A stretch of DNA of 64,000 nt from a phage, in sequence record NC_103192.1; one strand, given 5' to 3'. The notes beneath the pieces are model-generated. The model was not told the origin of the DNA. It did no database searches and saw only the letters and a list, made by a program, of their open reading frames with translations. The stretch's first letter is position 1; the number at the start of each line of letters is the position of its first letter. Below, one piece after another: positions 1 through 9,311 of the stretch. Position numbers and translations under genes: made by a program.

Positions 1-37
1 CACTATCTTCAACGAGCGAGAGTATCAACTTATTCTT

Positions 38-1351
38 ATGGCAGCATCTGTATACGCATCGCAGACGCTGTATGGGGCAGAAGGTATTTACCTGGATGAG
101 CTTCTTGGAAGACAGGGTATTTACCGAAGAGGCCGTTCTAAATCATCAGGTACCTGCCAGTTGACAATCAACACAACTGTGCCGTACAATATGATTTATG
201 ATTCCAAAACTTATACGCTGGACAGTGGCAACTTTGTTCTTAGCAACGATGTGCAAGTAGCAGGGAATCTTATTGCTCACAGAATAAATGCTCCAGACCT
301 AAGGATTGGGAAATACAACTTTCAAATTACCAACCAGACAGATGGAAGCATCAAAACAAAAAGTCTGGTTTTAACCGATAAGTCTCTGGACTCTTCTGAT
401 TTACCAAGCTTTTACGGCGAGATTAAGCAATTCATTGTAGATAATACAACCCTGTTGAACGACGATTTGATTCAGATCGATATGTTGACAGGAACGTTGT
501 GGATAGGATACAATTCGAATCTTGATCAAGTTGGGCTTAATAGCAGAGTAGATTTCAGAGTATCCCCGATTGTAGGTGAAAGAACTATCACCCTAGATGT
601 TATCGCTAACGAGGCTGGTGAGCTGTCAAGAGAGGCAGAAACCGTGACAACAATGTCGCCTACTCCCAGCGGATTTATCAAGCTTACCAACCGAGAAAGA
701 TTCAATGAGGGCAGGGATGTTGAGAAGGACTCAGAGTATCGCTTAAGAGCTTCCAGCACTAAACAGTTGACATCTAAAGCTACCCGTCCTGCAATCCTTA
801 GCGCTGTAAGCGAGGTGAAAGGTGTTGAGAAAGTAAGAGTGTTCTCTAACAACACCGATAAAACGGATGCGAAAGGTATACCACCTTATAAGTTTCAAGT
901 GGTGGTGTTTGGTGGTGCAACAGAGGATATCTGTCAGGCGCTGTATCAAACCATAGCTTGCACAAACAGAACTTATGGGAATATCTTCTACGATATTACC
1001 ACATCAGACGGTCAAACTGAAAGGATTTATTACTCCAAGGCAAATACCTACCGCCTAGATGTAAGAATTACCTACTCAGGTGCTGCGCTTTCCACAACCG
1101 AAAAAGATGCCATTACAGAGGCTCTTTTGCAGGTTGTTAACGGCTTGGATGTTGCCGATACGTTGTACAATATCCAATTGGTCGGTGCTGCATCAGCTGC
1201 TGTGTCAATAGGCAGATTTAACAGACTGGTAATTCAAGTTAAACCTGTTGGAGCCTCTGATGAAGCTTACACTACAAACGATATTGTTGCGAACATGACC
1301 GAGGTGTTTGACCTCGATGAAAGTAATATAACTTTCCAACAAACTATTTAA
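38..1351 (+). CDS. virion structural protein, putative baseplate component (may start upstream of window)
   Basis: 437-aa ORF heading a co-directional tail-fiber gene block; no stop in frame upstream to position 2, so N-terminus may be truncated by the window; product assigned by position only. Confidence 0.55.
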   Translation: MAASVYASQTLYGAEGIYLDELLGRQGIYRRGRSKSSGTCQLTINTTVPYNMIYDSKTYTLDSGNFVLSNDVQVAGNLIAHRINAPDLRIGKYNFQITNQTDGSIKTKSLVLTDKSLDSSDLPSFYGEIKQFIVDNTTLLNDDLIQIDMLTGTLWIGYNSNLDQVGLNSRVDFRVSPIVGERTITLDVIANEAGELSREAETVTTMSPTPSGFIKLTNRERFNEGRDVEKDSEYRLRASSTKQLTSKATRPAILSAVSEVKGVEKVRVFSNNTDKTDAKGIPPYKFQVVVFGGATEDICQALYQTIACTNRTYGNIFYDITTSDGQTERIYYSKANTYRLDVRITYSGAALSTTEKDAITEALLQVVNGLDVADTLYNIQLVGAASAAVSIGRFNRLVIQVKPVGASDEAYTTNDIVANMTEVFDLDESNITFQQTI

Positions 1352-1362
1352 GGCGGCGGGAT

Positions 1363-2049
1363 ATGGCAGAGATTAAGTCGGATGTTAACCACATCCACAC
1401 TCTGCCAGATTTTGTTCAGGGGGGTCTTGATTACCTCCCTGGGGATTTTCTGGCTGAGAAGGTTAATTTAGTCACATTCTTAACCGTATACCTTAAAAGG
1501 TTGGAGAATGTTGATAAAATGCTGGTAGGCTTGGCTGAAGGAAGATTGCTTAACAATGCCAGCGGGAGATACCTTGACGAAGTTGGTAATCAACTTGGTA
1601 TTCTTAGGAATGGTCTTTCAGACGCGGATTTTCGTGCTACGCTGATTATTCAGCAGGCAGCATCATCAAGAGGTGGTACTCGCGAAGATGTCATCTCCAC
1701 CTTGCGACAATTGTTCGGAAGAGACAATTTCGATACGTGGAAAGGTGACAACTTTAGATTTGACATAAATATTAGAAAAACTTGCTTCGACATATTACAG
1801 TCCATCGATCAGATCTTAGATATGCTGCCATTGCCTTGTCATTTGCGTCTTACAGAATCGCAAGGGCAAGCTTTTGGTTTTGAAGGAGACTCTACAGCTC
1901 TTGGCTTCGGATCAGTGTGGGAAGAAAACCAGTTCGGAGTTGGTGGGCTGGCTACTTTGCTGTATGTTCCTGACGTAAGACCTGATTGGGACACCACAAC
2001 TATTTATTGTGAAAGTATTACAGTAAACGCAACTAGACAGGAGGGTTAA
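1363..2049 (+). CDS. virion structural protein (baseplate/tail module)
   Basis: 228-aa ORF tightly packed between structural ORFs; no diagnostic motif. Confidence 0.5.
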   Translation: MAEIKSDVNHIHTLPDFVQGGLDYLPGDFLAEKVNLVTFLTVYLKRLENVDKMLVGLAEGRLLNNASGRYLDEVGNQLGILRNGLSDADFRATLIIQQAASSRGGTREDVISTLRQLFGRDNFDTWKGDNFRFDINIRKTCFDILQSIDQILDMLPLPCHLRLTESQGQAFGFEGDSTALGFGSVWEENQFGVGGLATLLYVPDVRPDWDTTTIYCESITVNATRQEG

Positions 2050-4121
2050 TGGCAACAGCTGTTTTTAAACCTTACCGTGATTACTCTACGATGGCTGCAC
2101 GGTTTCATTACCGCACAGTTCAGGATACTGCAGTTCCAGGTAGGGATTATGATCATGTTGAGGGAGATGTAACTATCCCGGTTGGAGCAACCAGTATTGA
2201 GATCCCTGTAGAAATTGTTGACAAATTGCCAAACAGGTTGCCAAGAAGCTTCTTTATGGAGTTTTCATCAAACTCCCAAGGGGTTATGATTGGAACACAA
2301 AGAGCGAAATGTACAATAGTTTCAGATGAGAATCTTGACAGAATATCTTGGGATACCGTTGAGGAGAGAATGTTTCACCCAAGATATTGGGTTACAACCA
2401 CACAGCAGACTGAAAGCACCTGCATTGTTGCGGATAATAACTGCTGTATTAACCGTTTAGTGTCAAGAACATATGGAGGCATGGCTGGGTGCATTTGGGA
2501 AACAGTTGACAAGTATGACCATTTCGGCATTGGATTTGATGATCACTACGAGATGAGAAACACCAAGCTTTGGTTCAGAATGTCAATAACCAATGCCAGC
2601 AACTTCTCCACCCCTGAAAAGATGATTATGACTGTAGACCTTGTTGACGGCACAATCATCTATGTTCCTTTAGCTCAATATGCTGTCAGCATCTCAGAGG
2701 ATAAGAATGTTGCAGAAATTCATATTGATTTCGAGGACTGCGTCGGGATGGACCAGAACAACAATATGATGGGTGTTGATCCTCGGCAGGTGAGAAAGAT
2801 TTTAATACCGCTTATGCCTAAAGATTGGGTAAGTAATAGCACAGACCCAAGAACGGAAAATGTAGAGTGCGAGTTGCGTCTAGATCTGCTTCAGCCGGAC
2901 ACAGGCTGGAAAATGATGCAACTTAACAATATCCAGGTGAAAGAGCACGACGTCGGGATCTGCACAGCATATGACGATATGTGGAACGTATCCCCTTTAA
3001 GGGTGTTGAGCAATATCAAGCGTCTGGGCTATACCGGAACCATAAATCATTATGTTGGTATGAGTCATTATTATGACTACACATGGTCAGGAACCCAATG
3101 GTCTATAAACAAAACAGGGGCTCTAAACGCTGCAGCTTATAAATGGCATGATGATTTTATGTACAATGCCAAACGACATGACTTCGACGTTATGCAGTCT
3201 GTAAGCTTCGAGCTTTATAGCGATGCCTGTCCGTTGGAATGGACCCAGAGAGACTGGAACGATAACTACGCTAAAACAGGATATACACCTTGTAGCTACC
3301 TCCTGTCTCCAACCATTGAAGAGGGTATGAATTTCCTTACTGCAGTATTTAAGAATTTTGCATCAGCCGCTATGAGAAACAACCTGCCAGTGATTATGCA
3401 GGTTGGTGAACCGTGGTGGTGGTACAATACCGATACTCGTAGACCTTGTATTTATGATTACCCTACAAAGCAGGCGTTTTATGATGAGACAGGTGAGTAT
3501 GCATTAGATATTGGGACTATTGACGATCCTAAAACTGGTGGTGTTTACGACAAGTATGTAGCATTTTGTCGTGGTAAGCTTGGCGCTCGTATTGCGGCTA
3601 TTTCAAAGGCAATAAAAGCACACGCTGCATCGGCTCAGATGACAGCTTTACTGTTTTTCCCCACTATTATGGAAACCGAGCTTACGCAAAAACTGAACCT
3701 TGCTGACCAATATAAAAAGGAAGCAGGCGCTCTTGATTTCTTCTGCACTGAGTGCTACGATTGGGTGATGCAGGGAGGTATTGAAAAGGCAAAAGAGTCT
3801 GTAAACATACCTATCGTTAAGTTAGGTTGGAAACCGTCTGAAATACAATACCTTGCAGGGTTCGTTCCTAGCAAAGAGCTTGCTCCGGTATATGGCTACG
3901 ACCCAACCAGGAATTACCAAGAATTTTTATGGAGATGTATTTGCGGAAACATGGCAACCATAGAGTATAGATACCCTGAGGTAAAACAGTATGTGTGGGC
4001 ATACCCGCAAGTAATGTCTGACAGCATCACTGTTACCGCCAGAGATTCTACCGTGCTTCATATGGGACAGGTTGCTCTGAAAGGGTATGTAGAAGATGTT
4101 GTCCCGCCAGACTTCTCATAA
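2049..4121 (+). CDS. virion structural protein, tail/baseplate associated
   Basis: 690-aa ORF, start overlaps previous stop (ATGA-type coupling), directly upstream of tail fiber gene. Confidence 0.6.
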   Translation: MATAVFKPYRDYSTMAARFHYRTVQDTAVPGRDYDHVEGDVTIPVGATSIEIPVEIVDKLPNRLPRSFFMEFSSNSQGVMIGTQRAKCTIVSDENLDRISWDTVEERMFHPRYWVTTTQQTESTCIVADNNCCINRLVSRTYGGMAGCIWETVDKYDHFGIGFDDHYEMRNTKLWFRMSITNASNFSTPEKMIMTVDLVDGTIIYVPLAQYAVSISEDKNVAEIHIDFEDCVGMDQNNNMMGVDPRQVRKILIPLMPKDWVSNSTDPRTENVECELRLDLLQPDTGWKMMQLNNIQVKEHDVGICTAYDDMWNVSPLRVLSNIKRLGYTGTINHYVGMSHYYDYTWSGTQWSINKTGALNAAAYKWHDDFMYNAKRHDFDVMQSVSFELYSDACPLEWTQRDWNDNYAKTGYTPCSYLLSPTIEEGMNFLTAVFKNFASAAMRNNLPVIMQVGEPWWWYNTDTRRPCIYDYPTKQAFYDETGEYALDIGTIDDPKTGGVYDKYVAFCRGKLGARIAAISKAIKAHAASAQMTALLFFPTIMETELTQKLNLADQYKKEAGALDFFCTECYDWVMQGGIEKAKESVNIPIVKLGWKPSEIQYLAGFVPSKELAPVYGYDPTRNYQEFLWRCICGNMATIEYRYPEVKQYVWAYPQVMSDSITVTARDSTVLHMGQVALKGYVEDVVPPDFS

Positions 4122-4133
4122 TCAGGAGATAAA

Positions 4134-5174
4134 ATGTCAAAACCTAGTTTTCCATTAGAGATTTGGGCAGAGGAGGATCAGGTTCTGCCTAACACCCACA
4201 GACAGAACAGGCTACGCCCGATTGATGATTTGTGGAGAAAAGGTTGGGATCTTGGTCAAAAGCCATCCTGTGAAGAACTTAACTATATTTTCAATATGCT
4301 CGGGACTTGGGCAAAATACATTGCTGACGAGCAGATCCCCGCTCAAGAAGGCCGTTATCTGGTACGTGATAATAACTTGAGTGATCTTTTGAACATCCCT
4401 GTTGCCCGTAGAAACCTTGGTATTATTACTAAGGAAGAGGCAGACGCCAGGTATGTGAAAGTTGCAGGTGATACAATGACAGGCCCATTGGGTTTGCAAC
4501 GTATCAACTTTAAAGCTGCCGATACAGATAAGGCTTGGATAGAGACAACTATTGGCCCAGATAAGACAACCCTTGACTTTGGGTTAAGTGATAATATTGG
4601 GGCGTTCGATGATGGTGGCACATCTACAGTAGATGCGTTCCGTTGGAGATTCCAGCCAACTCAGCCGGACATTAACCCAGAGTTCACTCTGATGTACCTG
4701 AACGCAATCACGGCTAATCGTGCGTTGTTGAAAGTGGTGGGCAATGTTGAAGTTGTTGATAACATGCGATGTAATAACCTCACCATTAGCAGCACAGCAA
4801 CATTCACCAACTGCAATGTAGCTAGTCAGTTGACGGCTGGGTCAGTATATGTCAATGGTGGTGCAAGTTGTGACAGTATGGTTGTAAGAAGCCAGCATTG
4901 TGTTGTCGGTAACAGAAATGTGGTGCGCTCTGTGAATGGAGTGACGGCTAACGGCAACGGAGATGTAACGATCACCATCCCGCAGACAGGTGTACAGGAT
5001 ATCAGAATCGGTGCAAGACTTGTTGACGGTGTTTCTGAATCTCCGGTTCGCAACGGTTATGTTGTCACAGGTTGGCATTTTGGTGATAAAAAAGAGATGC
5101 GTGGTTCAACCTACTGGGCAGGACCTTTACAAAAACTTGTAAATGGTCAATGGATCACTGTTAATTATGCGTAG
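4134..5174 (+). CDS. tail fiber protein (paralog A)
   Basis: 346 aa; N-terminus MSKPSFPLEIW..., GDTMTGPL collar-like motif, C-terminus QKLVNGQWITVNYA shared with ORF 6189-7232. Confidence 0.75.
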   Translation: MSKPSFPLEIWAEEDQVLPNTHRQNRLRPIDDLWRKGWDLGQKPSCEELNYIFNMLGTWAKYIADEQIPAQEGRYLVRDNNLSDLLNIPVARRNLGIITKEEADARYVKVAGDTMTGPLGLQRINFKAADTDKAWIETTIGPDKTTLDFGLSDNIGAFDDGGTSTVDAFRWRFQPTQPDINPEFTLMYLNAITANRALLKVVGNVEVVDNMRCNNLTISSTATFTNCNVASQLTAGSVYVNGGASCDSMVVRSQHCVVGNRNVVRSVNGVTANGNGDVTITIPQTGVQDIRIGARLVDGVSESPVRNGYVVTGWHFGDKKEMRGSTYWAGPLQKLVNGQWITVNYA

Positions 5175-5188
5175 ATCGGAGGACTAGC

Positions 5189-5773
5189 ATGAAAATACTT
5201 CAAGAGTTTAAACTTTACCAGCCGGGATCTGGCGAATACTACACCAACAAGGAGACCAAGGAGCTGACTCCTCAGGAGGTTGAGGATTACACAGCATACA
5301 CTGGATATTTTTTACGTAATGATGATGGCGATTGGTATGTGCAATCACGAACACTGCGACAAGAAAATCCAGGCTGTATCTTCCTACTTGTTGACGAGAA
5401 GGGTATTCTTAAGACATCTACAGAAGAACCTGATGCCTTGTGGCCTGCTCCAGGTCTTCGTGTGGTTATCGCCAAAAAAGAAGAGGTACCAGAAAACATT
5501 ATGCTCCACCACGACGCTTTGCGTTTAGTTGGTGATGAATTTGTCACAGACAATGAATTCTTTGTTCAACAGGCAGAGGGTGTCATAGAGACAGAACTTG
5601 CTTGGGCTACTGCTAGAATTGGTGCCTATCAAGACATGATTGACCTTGAATACGATCTTACTGATGACCAAAAACGCAACATCAGAGATTTGAAAATGTA
5701 CAGGGTAAAACTTCTTGAAATAGATACATCTAAAGCCCCTGACATTTTCTTCCCGGAACGACCTACCCTCTAA
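5189..5773 (+). CDS. hypothetical protein, possibly tail fiber assembly/chaperone
   Basis: 194-aa ORF immediately downstream of tail fiber gene; function by position only. Confidence 0.45.
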   Translation: MKILQEFKLYQPGSGEYYTNKETKELTPQEVEDYTAYTGYFLRNDDGDWYVQSRTLRQENPGCIFLLVDEKGILKTSTEEPDALWPAPGLRVVIAKKEEVPENIMLHHDALRLVGDEFVTDNEFFVQQAEGVIETELAWATARIGAYQDMIDLEYDLTDDQKRNIRDLKMYRVKLLEIDTSKAPDIFFPERPTL

Positions 5774-5784
5774 GAGGAGGTGTT

Positions 5785-6099
5785 GTGGAGTTGGATTTGG
5801 CGGCATTGTACGGTATCTGCATGGGTACCGTTGTCCCGATCTGTGTATGGGCTTTCAACCAGTGGCACACCAAATGGAAAGGCATTTCCAAGAGGTTGGA
5901 TGAACTGGAGAAAGACCTCATCTTAGTGAAAAACAGTATGGTTACAAAAGATAAACTTGATTCCGTTATAGAGACCCGGTTAAGCAAGCTAGAGGCCGAT
6001 ATTAACGACCTTAAGCAGGATGTCAGGACAGATGTCTCCGGTATCCGAGCCGATGTACAAAAGATTTTGCACATGCTCGTAGAGCATAGTAAAAGGTAA
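5785..6099 (+). CDS. small membrane-anchored coiled-coil protein
   Basis: GTG start 5 nt after AAGAGGAGG; hydrophobic N-terminal segment then heptad-like charged region. Confidence 0.5.
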   Translation: MELDLAALYGICMGTVVPICVWAFNQWHTKWKGISKRLDELEKDLILVKNSMVTKDKLDSVIETRLSKLEADINDLKQDVRTDVSGIRADVQKILHMLVEHSKR

Positions 6100-6188
6100 A
6101 CAAAGGTCAGAACGGAAAGGACTCCGTTCTTGCATTTTGTTCCCTAAAGTGTTAAAATAGTCCTAAGGAATTTTCTCAGGAGAACGTG

Positions 6189-7232
6189 ATGACTAAACCA
6201 GTTATCCCTCTTGATATTTGGGCCAATCAGGATGTTGTGCTTGAAAATACGGGAGAGTTGAATAAGTCTCAACCAAAAAAAGAAGAGAGATTGAAAGGTT
6301 GGGATATGACACAAAGAGTGGCATGTGAAGTTGTTAACTTTGAACTTCACATGCTTTCTGCGTGGTTAAAGCATTTAACAGAAGATGTTGTCCCAGGATG
6401 GGATAATAGATTCTTAAGGGTCACTAATAATCTAGCAGACGTTCCAGACAAAGCTGCTGCACGTCAAGTTCTCAATGTATACTCGCCTGAAGAAATGGAT
6501 GACCTTTATGTTGACAAGACTGGAGACACAATGATCCAGACTCAAACTTTAGGTCTTCAAAGAATTGAGTTTGCATCTGCGTCAACAGACAATGCGGCGA
6601 TATACACCACCATAACTCCAGACAAGACGATGATGGATTTCTGGATTATGGACAACATTGGTGGCGCTGACGGCACAGACCTTGATGATCCTTCTCACCA
6701 AATAGACGGTTTCCGTTGGAGATTTCAACCTTCTGGTGGGCAGCCTGTGTTTTCGGCTATGAAGCTCAATGCTATAACTGCCAACCGTGCAAGACTGGCT
6801 ATCCAAGGAAATCTTGAATGCAATGATGCAAAAAGCTCCTCTGCAAATGCCAATGCGGTAACGATACCAAGAGCCACTGTTAATGGACAACAATCCTGCG
6901 GCAGCGCTCAAATAGGTGGAAGAGTAGATTGTAACGATAAAACCGCCAGGGGTCAATATGCAACAGTTGGTGGAAGAAACGTGGTCCGCAGGGTAAATGG
7001 TAGTAGCGCAGATAGCAGTGGTAACCTTACCATCCCTATGCCTAGTAGAGGTGTTGAGGATGTAAGGATAGCAAACCGTTTCAGAACCACCTACAGAGAA
7101 TCGAGAGTATACCCTGGGCATGTAATGTGCTCCGGCAATTACGCCTATAAACACCCGTATCAGGGCGACTATTGGACTGGTGCTATTCAAAAATTTGTAA
7201 ACGGTCAATGGATCACTATATCTTATGCTTAA
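6189..7232 (+). CDS. tail fiber protein (paralog B)
   Basis: N-terminus MTKPVIPLDIW... parallels paralog A, GDTM motif, C-terminus QKFVNGQWITISYA; ATG at 6189 preferred over in-frame GTG at 6186. Confidence 0.75.
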   Translation: MTKPVIPLDIWANQDVVLENTGELNKSQPKKEERLKGWDMTQRVACEVVNFELHMLSAWLKHLTEDVVPGWDNRFLRVTNNLADVPDKAAARQVLNVYSPEEMDDLYVDKTGDTMIQTQTLGLQRIEFASASTDNAAIYTTITPDKTMMDFWIMDNIGGADGTDLDDPSHQIDGFRWRFQPSGGQPVFSAMKLNAITANRARLAIQGNLECNDAKSSSANANAVTIPRATVNGQQSCGSAQIGGRVDCNDKTARGQYATVGGRNVVRRVNGSSADSSGNLTIPMPSRGVEDVRIANRFRTTYRESRVYPGHVMCSGNYAYKHPYQGDYWTGAIQKFVNGQWITISYA

Positions 7233-7241
7233 AGAGGGTAA

Positions 7242-7508
7242 ATGAAATTAACTCAGTTTTTATGGGGACTGGTTGCAGCATCTGATGACCCTACAAAAGT
7301 GTCCCAATCTAAGCTATGGTCAAACATAGGCATGGCAGTGATGACTGGGGTGTTTATTCATATGGGGTATAATGATACGCTTCCTGAATGGTATGCGTGG
7401 ATATACGCACCTTCGGTAGCTTGCCCCCAGCTTATTAGCAAATTCATCTCGCTCCGGTGGGGTTGCCAACACCCTGACCACGTTAAAAACGAAGAGCAAA
7501 AAGCTTAA
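7242..7508 (+). CDS. hypothetical protein
   Basis: 88-aa ORF between tail fiber genes. Confidence 0.45.
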   Translation: MKLTQFLWGLVAASDDPTKVSQSKLWSNIGMAVMTGVFIHMGYNDTLPEWYAWIYAPSVACPQLISKFISLRWGCQHPDHVKNEEQKA

Positions 7509-7517
7509 GGAGAAATC

Positions 7518-9263
7518 ATGGCGCAAGACATGACAAGCTTCGAGCAGGCGGTAGATCAAGTAATTGTTGATTCTGAACGTTTGCACTTGATTGTCAACGG
7601 TAACGCTGTGGATGAAGTTGTCGTAGAGGATGGGACCACTATCCCTACGGTACGAAAAGCCATGCTTGACACCCTTTATTTTAAAACGCCGCCGATCCCT
7701 TGGGCGTATGGTGCATCCACAACAGTTTTTAACCAGTTGTATGAGTTTAAAGGAGATACGGGCACTCAGTGGTGGTACGCCCCAGCAGCATCAAAATCTA
7801 ACCCAGTTAGGATGCCAGCAGATCCTTCAGAATCTCCGAACTGGAGATTATATACCGATTCTGCAGTAATGGCAAAATACTACGCAAAACTTAACAGTCC
7901 AAGGTTCGAAGGTGACCCGAGAGTACCTACACCTCCAATGGACGATAAGTCCGAGTCTATAGCAAACACAGAGTTTGTTGTTGACTATGTGGATAGTATA
8001 TTCAAAGCCATGGAGGGGATGAAAGTAACTGTAGGGTCTTTGGTGGTAAAAGGTCTTACAGAACTTGCTAACACCATAGTTGGTGGCACCCTTACCTTGC
8101 ACGGGCCTGTTAATGGAGCGGATTCTACTGCACGCTTCAGGAACCTAATCCTTACTGCAAATACTTCTACATTGACTTTTGCGTGGAGCGATCCTAAGCA
8201 TGCAGACTGGAGAAGCACAGAGCTGCAACCTCATGAAGTATCCACCCACAGAGTTATAGCTGACACTATAACTTCTGGGAAACCAGTGGCTAATAACAAC
8301 GATGTGCATTTTGATGGTCTAGGTAATAACTTTTTTGACTACGTGTACATTCGTGGTAATGCCATGAAGGCAGCCACCGAACCGACATTGCAGGTTGATG
8401 GGACCACTAGGGTTAAGAACCTTGAGGTGACAGGCACCGTTACAGGGATAACCTACTCTGTAGATGGCACCATGATCTACCCTAGCTATATTGAAAGCAC
8501 GGGAGATGCACTGATCAATGGAGATTTAGAGGTTGGCGGGTCTGTAGTCATTCGTGGCACAGCATCTGTCCAGAACATATCTTTAAATACTCTGAGGGTG
8601 AATGAGCGTGCCACTTTTGAAGGAGAGGGGCTTACAGCCAACAAAGGTGTAATTACCGAGCTGACAACCACCACTCTAACTGCAACAACTGCAAACTCTG
8701 AAAACTGCAACGTTACCAGAAACTTGCAGGTAAATGGAGATGTTAGTTTAAACACAGCAGGGACGGGCACTACCCACCTTCACAACCTTGAAATATCAGG
8801 TACAGTGACTGGGTGGCTGCCAGACTTCTCTAATGTCAACTTTGTCTGTAATGGCATTAACTCCAGTGGCAAGATAACCACCTCTCAAGAAATTGAAGCT
8901 GGTAAAACTATTACTGCCCCTGCTTTCCATGCAGGGAAGGTGGAGTTTGACTTAGAGGAGGCTGACGCATCTAGTGGGACATGGACACCTAACGGGCAGG
9001 CCAATATGTATGTTGTCCACGCGAAAGGGGATTTTACAATAGGGCAATGGCCTGGAACATCGGCTGAAGATAAACCTTACCCGTTCACTGCAATCATCTA
9101 TGTCATTCAGGATGCTGTAGGCCACAACGTGACCTTACACGATAAATATGCCATACTGTCGGCTACTCCTGTTATTAACAACAAAGCCAACAGTGTCACC
9201 TTGCTACAATTGACATATTGTGGTGTTGGTGATATTGTGGATGTGGTTATTGCACAACGTTAA
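7518..9263 (+). CDS. tail fiber / tailspike-like protein
   Basis: 581 aa, repetitive T/G/N/V-rich segments (e.g. NLEVTGTVTG, NLEISGTVTG) typical of fibrous beta-structure proteins. Confidence 0.65.
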   Translation: MAQDMTSFEQAVDQVIVDSERLHLIVNGNAVDEVVVEDGTTIPTVRKAMLDTLYFKTPPIPWAYGASTTVFNQLYEFKGDTGTQWWYAPAASKSNPVRMPADPSESPNWRLYTDSAVMAKYYAKLNSPRFEGDPRVPTPPMDDKSESIANTEFVVDYVDSIFKAMEGMKVTVGSLVVKGLTELANTIVGGTLTLHGPVNGADSTARFRNLILTANTSTLTFAWSDPKHADWRSTELQPHEVSTHRVIADTITSGKPVANNNDVHFDGLGNNFFDYVYIRGNAMKAATEPTLQVDGTTRVKNLEVTGTVTGITYSVDGTMIYPSYIESTGDALINGDLEVGGSVVIRGTASVQNISLNTLRVNERATFEGEGLTANKGVITELTTTTLTATTANSENCNVTRNLQVNGDVSLNTAGTGTTHLHNLEISGTVTGWLPDFSNVNFVCNGINSSGKITTSQEIEAGKTITAPAFHAGKVEFDLEEADASSGTWTPNGQANMYVVHAKGDFTIGQWPGTSAEDKPYPFTAIIYVIQDAVGHNVTLHDKYAILSATPVINNKANSVTLLQLTYCGVGDIVDVVIAQR

Positions 9264-9270
9264 TATATCT

Positions 9271-9297
9271 GACCGCTCCTGACGGGGCGGTTTTCTT
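9271..9297 (+). terminator. stem-loop plus T-run (partial terminator/attenuator)
   Basis: accgctcctgacggggcggt followed by ttttctt right after the stop of 7518-9263. Confidence 0.5.
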
Positions 9298-9311
9298 ATC
9301 TGGAGAACACA

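Noticed and set aside
526-949. Minus-strand ORFs (526-855, 743-949) inside the first structural gene, and similar antisense ORFs inside other long genes (e.g. 6582-7208, 9912-10490, 10542-11135, 35251-35874, 39980-40369)
   Set aside because: They lie entirely within longer, motif-supported genes on the opposite strand, lack ribosome-binding sites and have low-complexity translations; treated as shadow ORFs.
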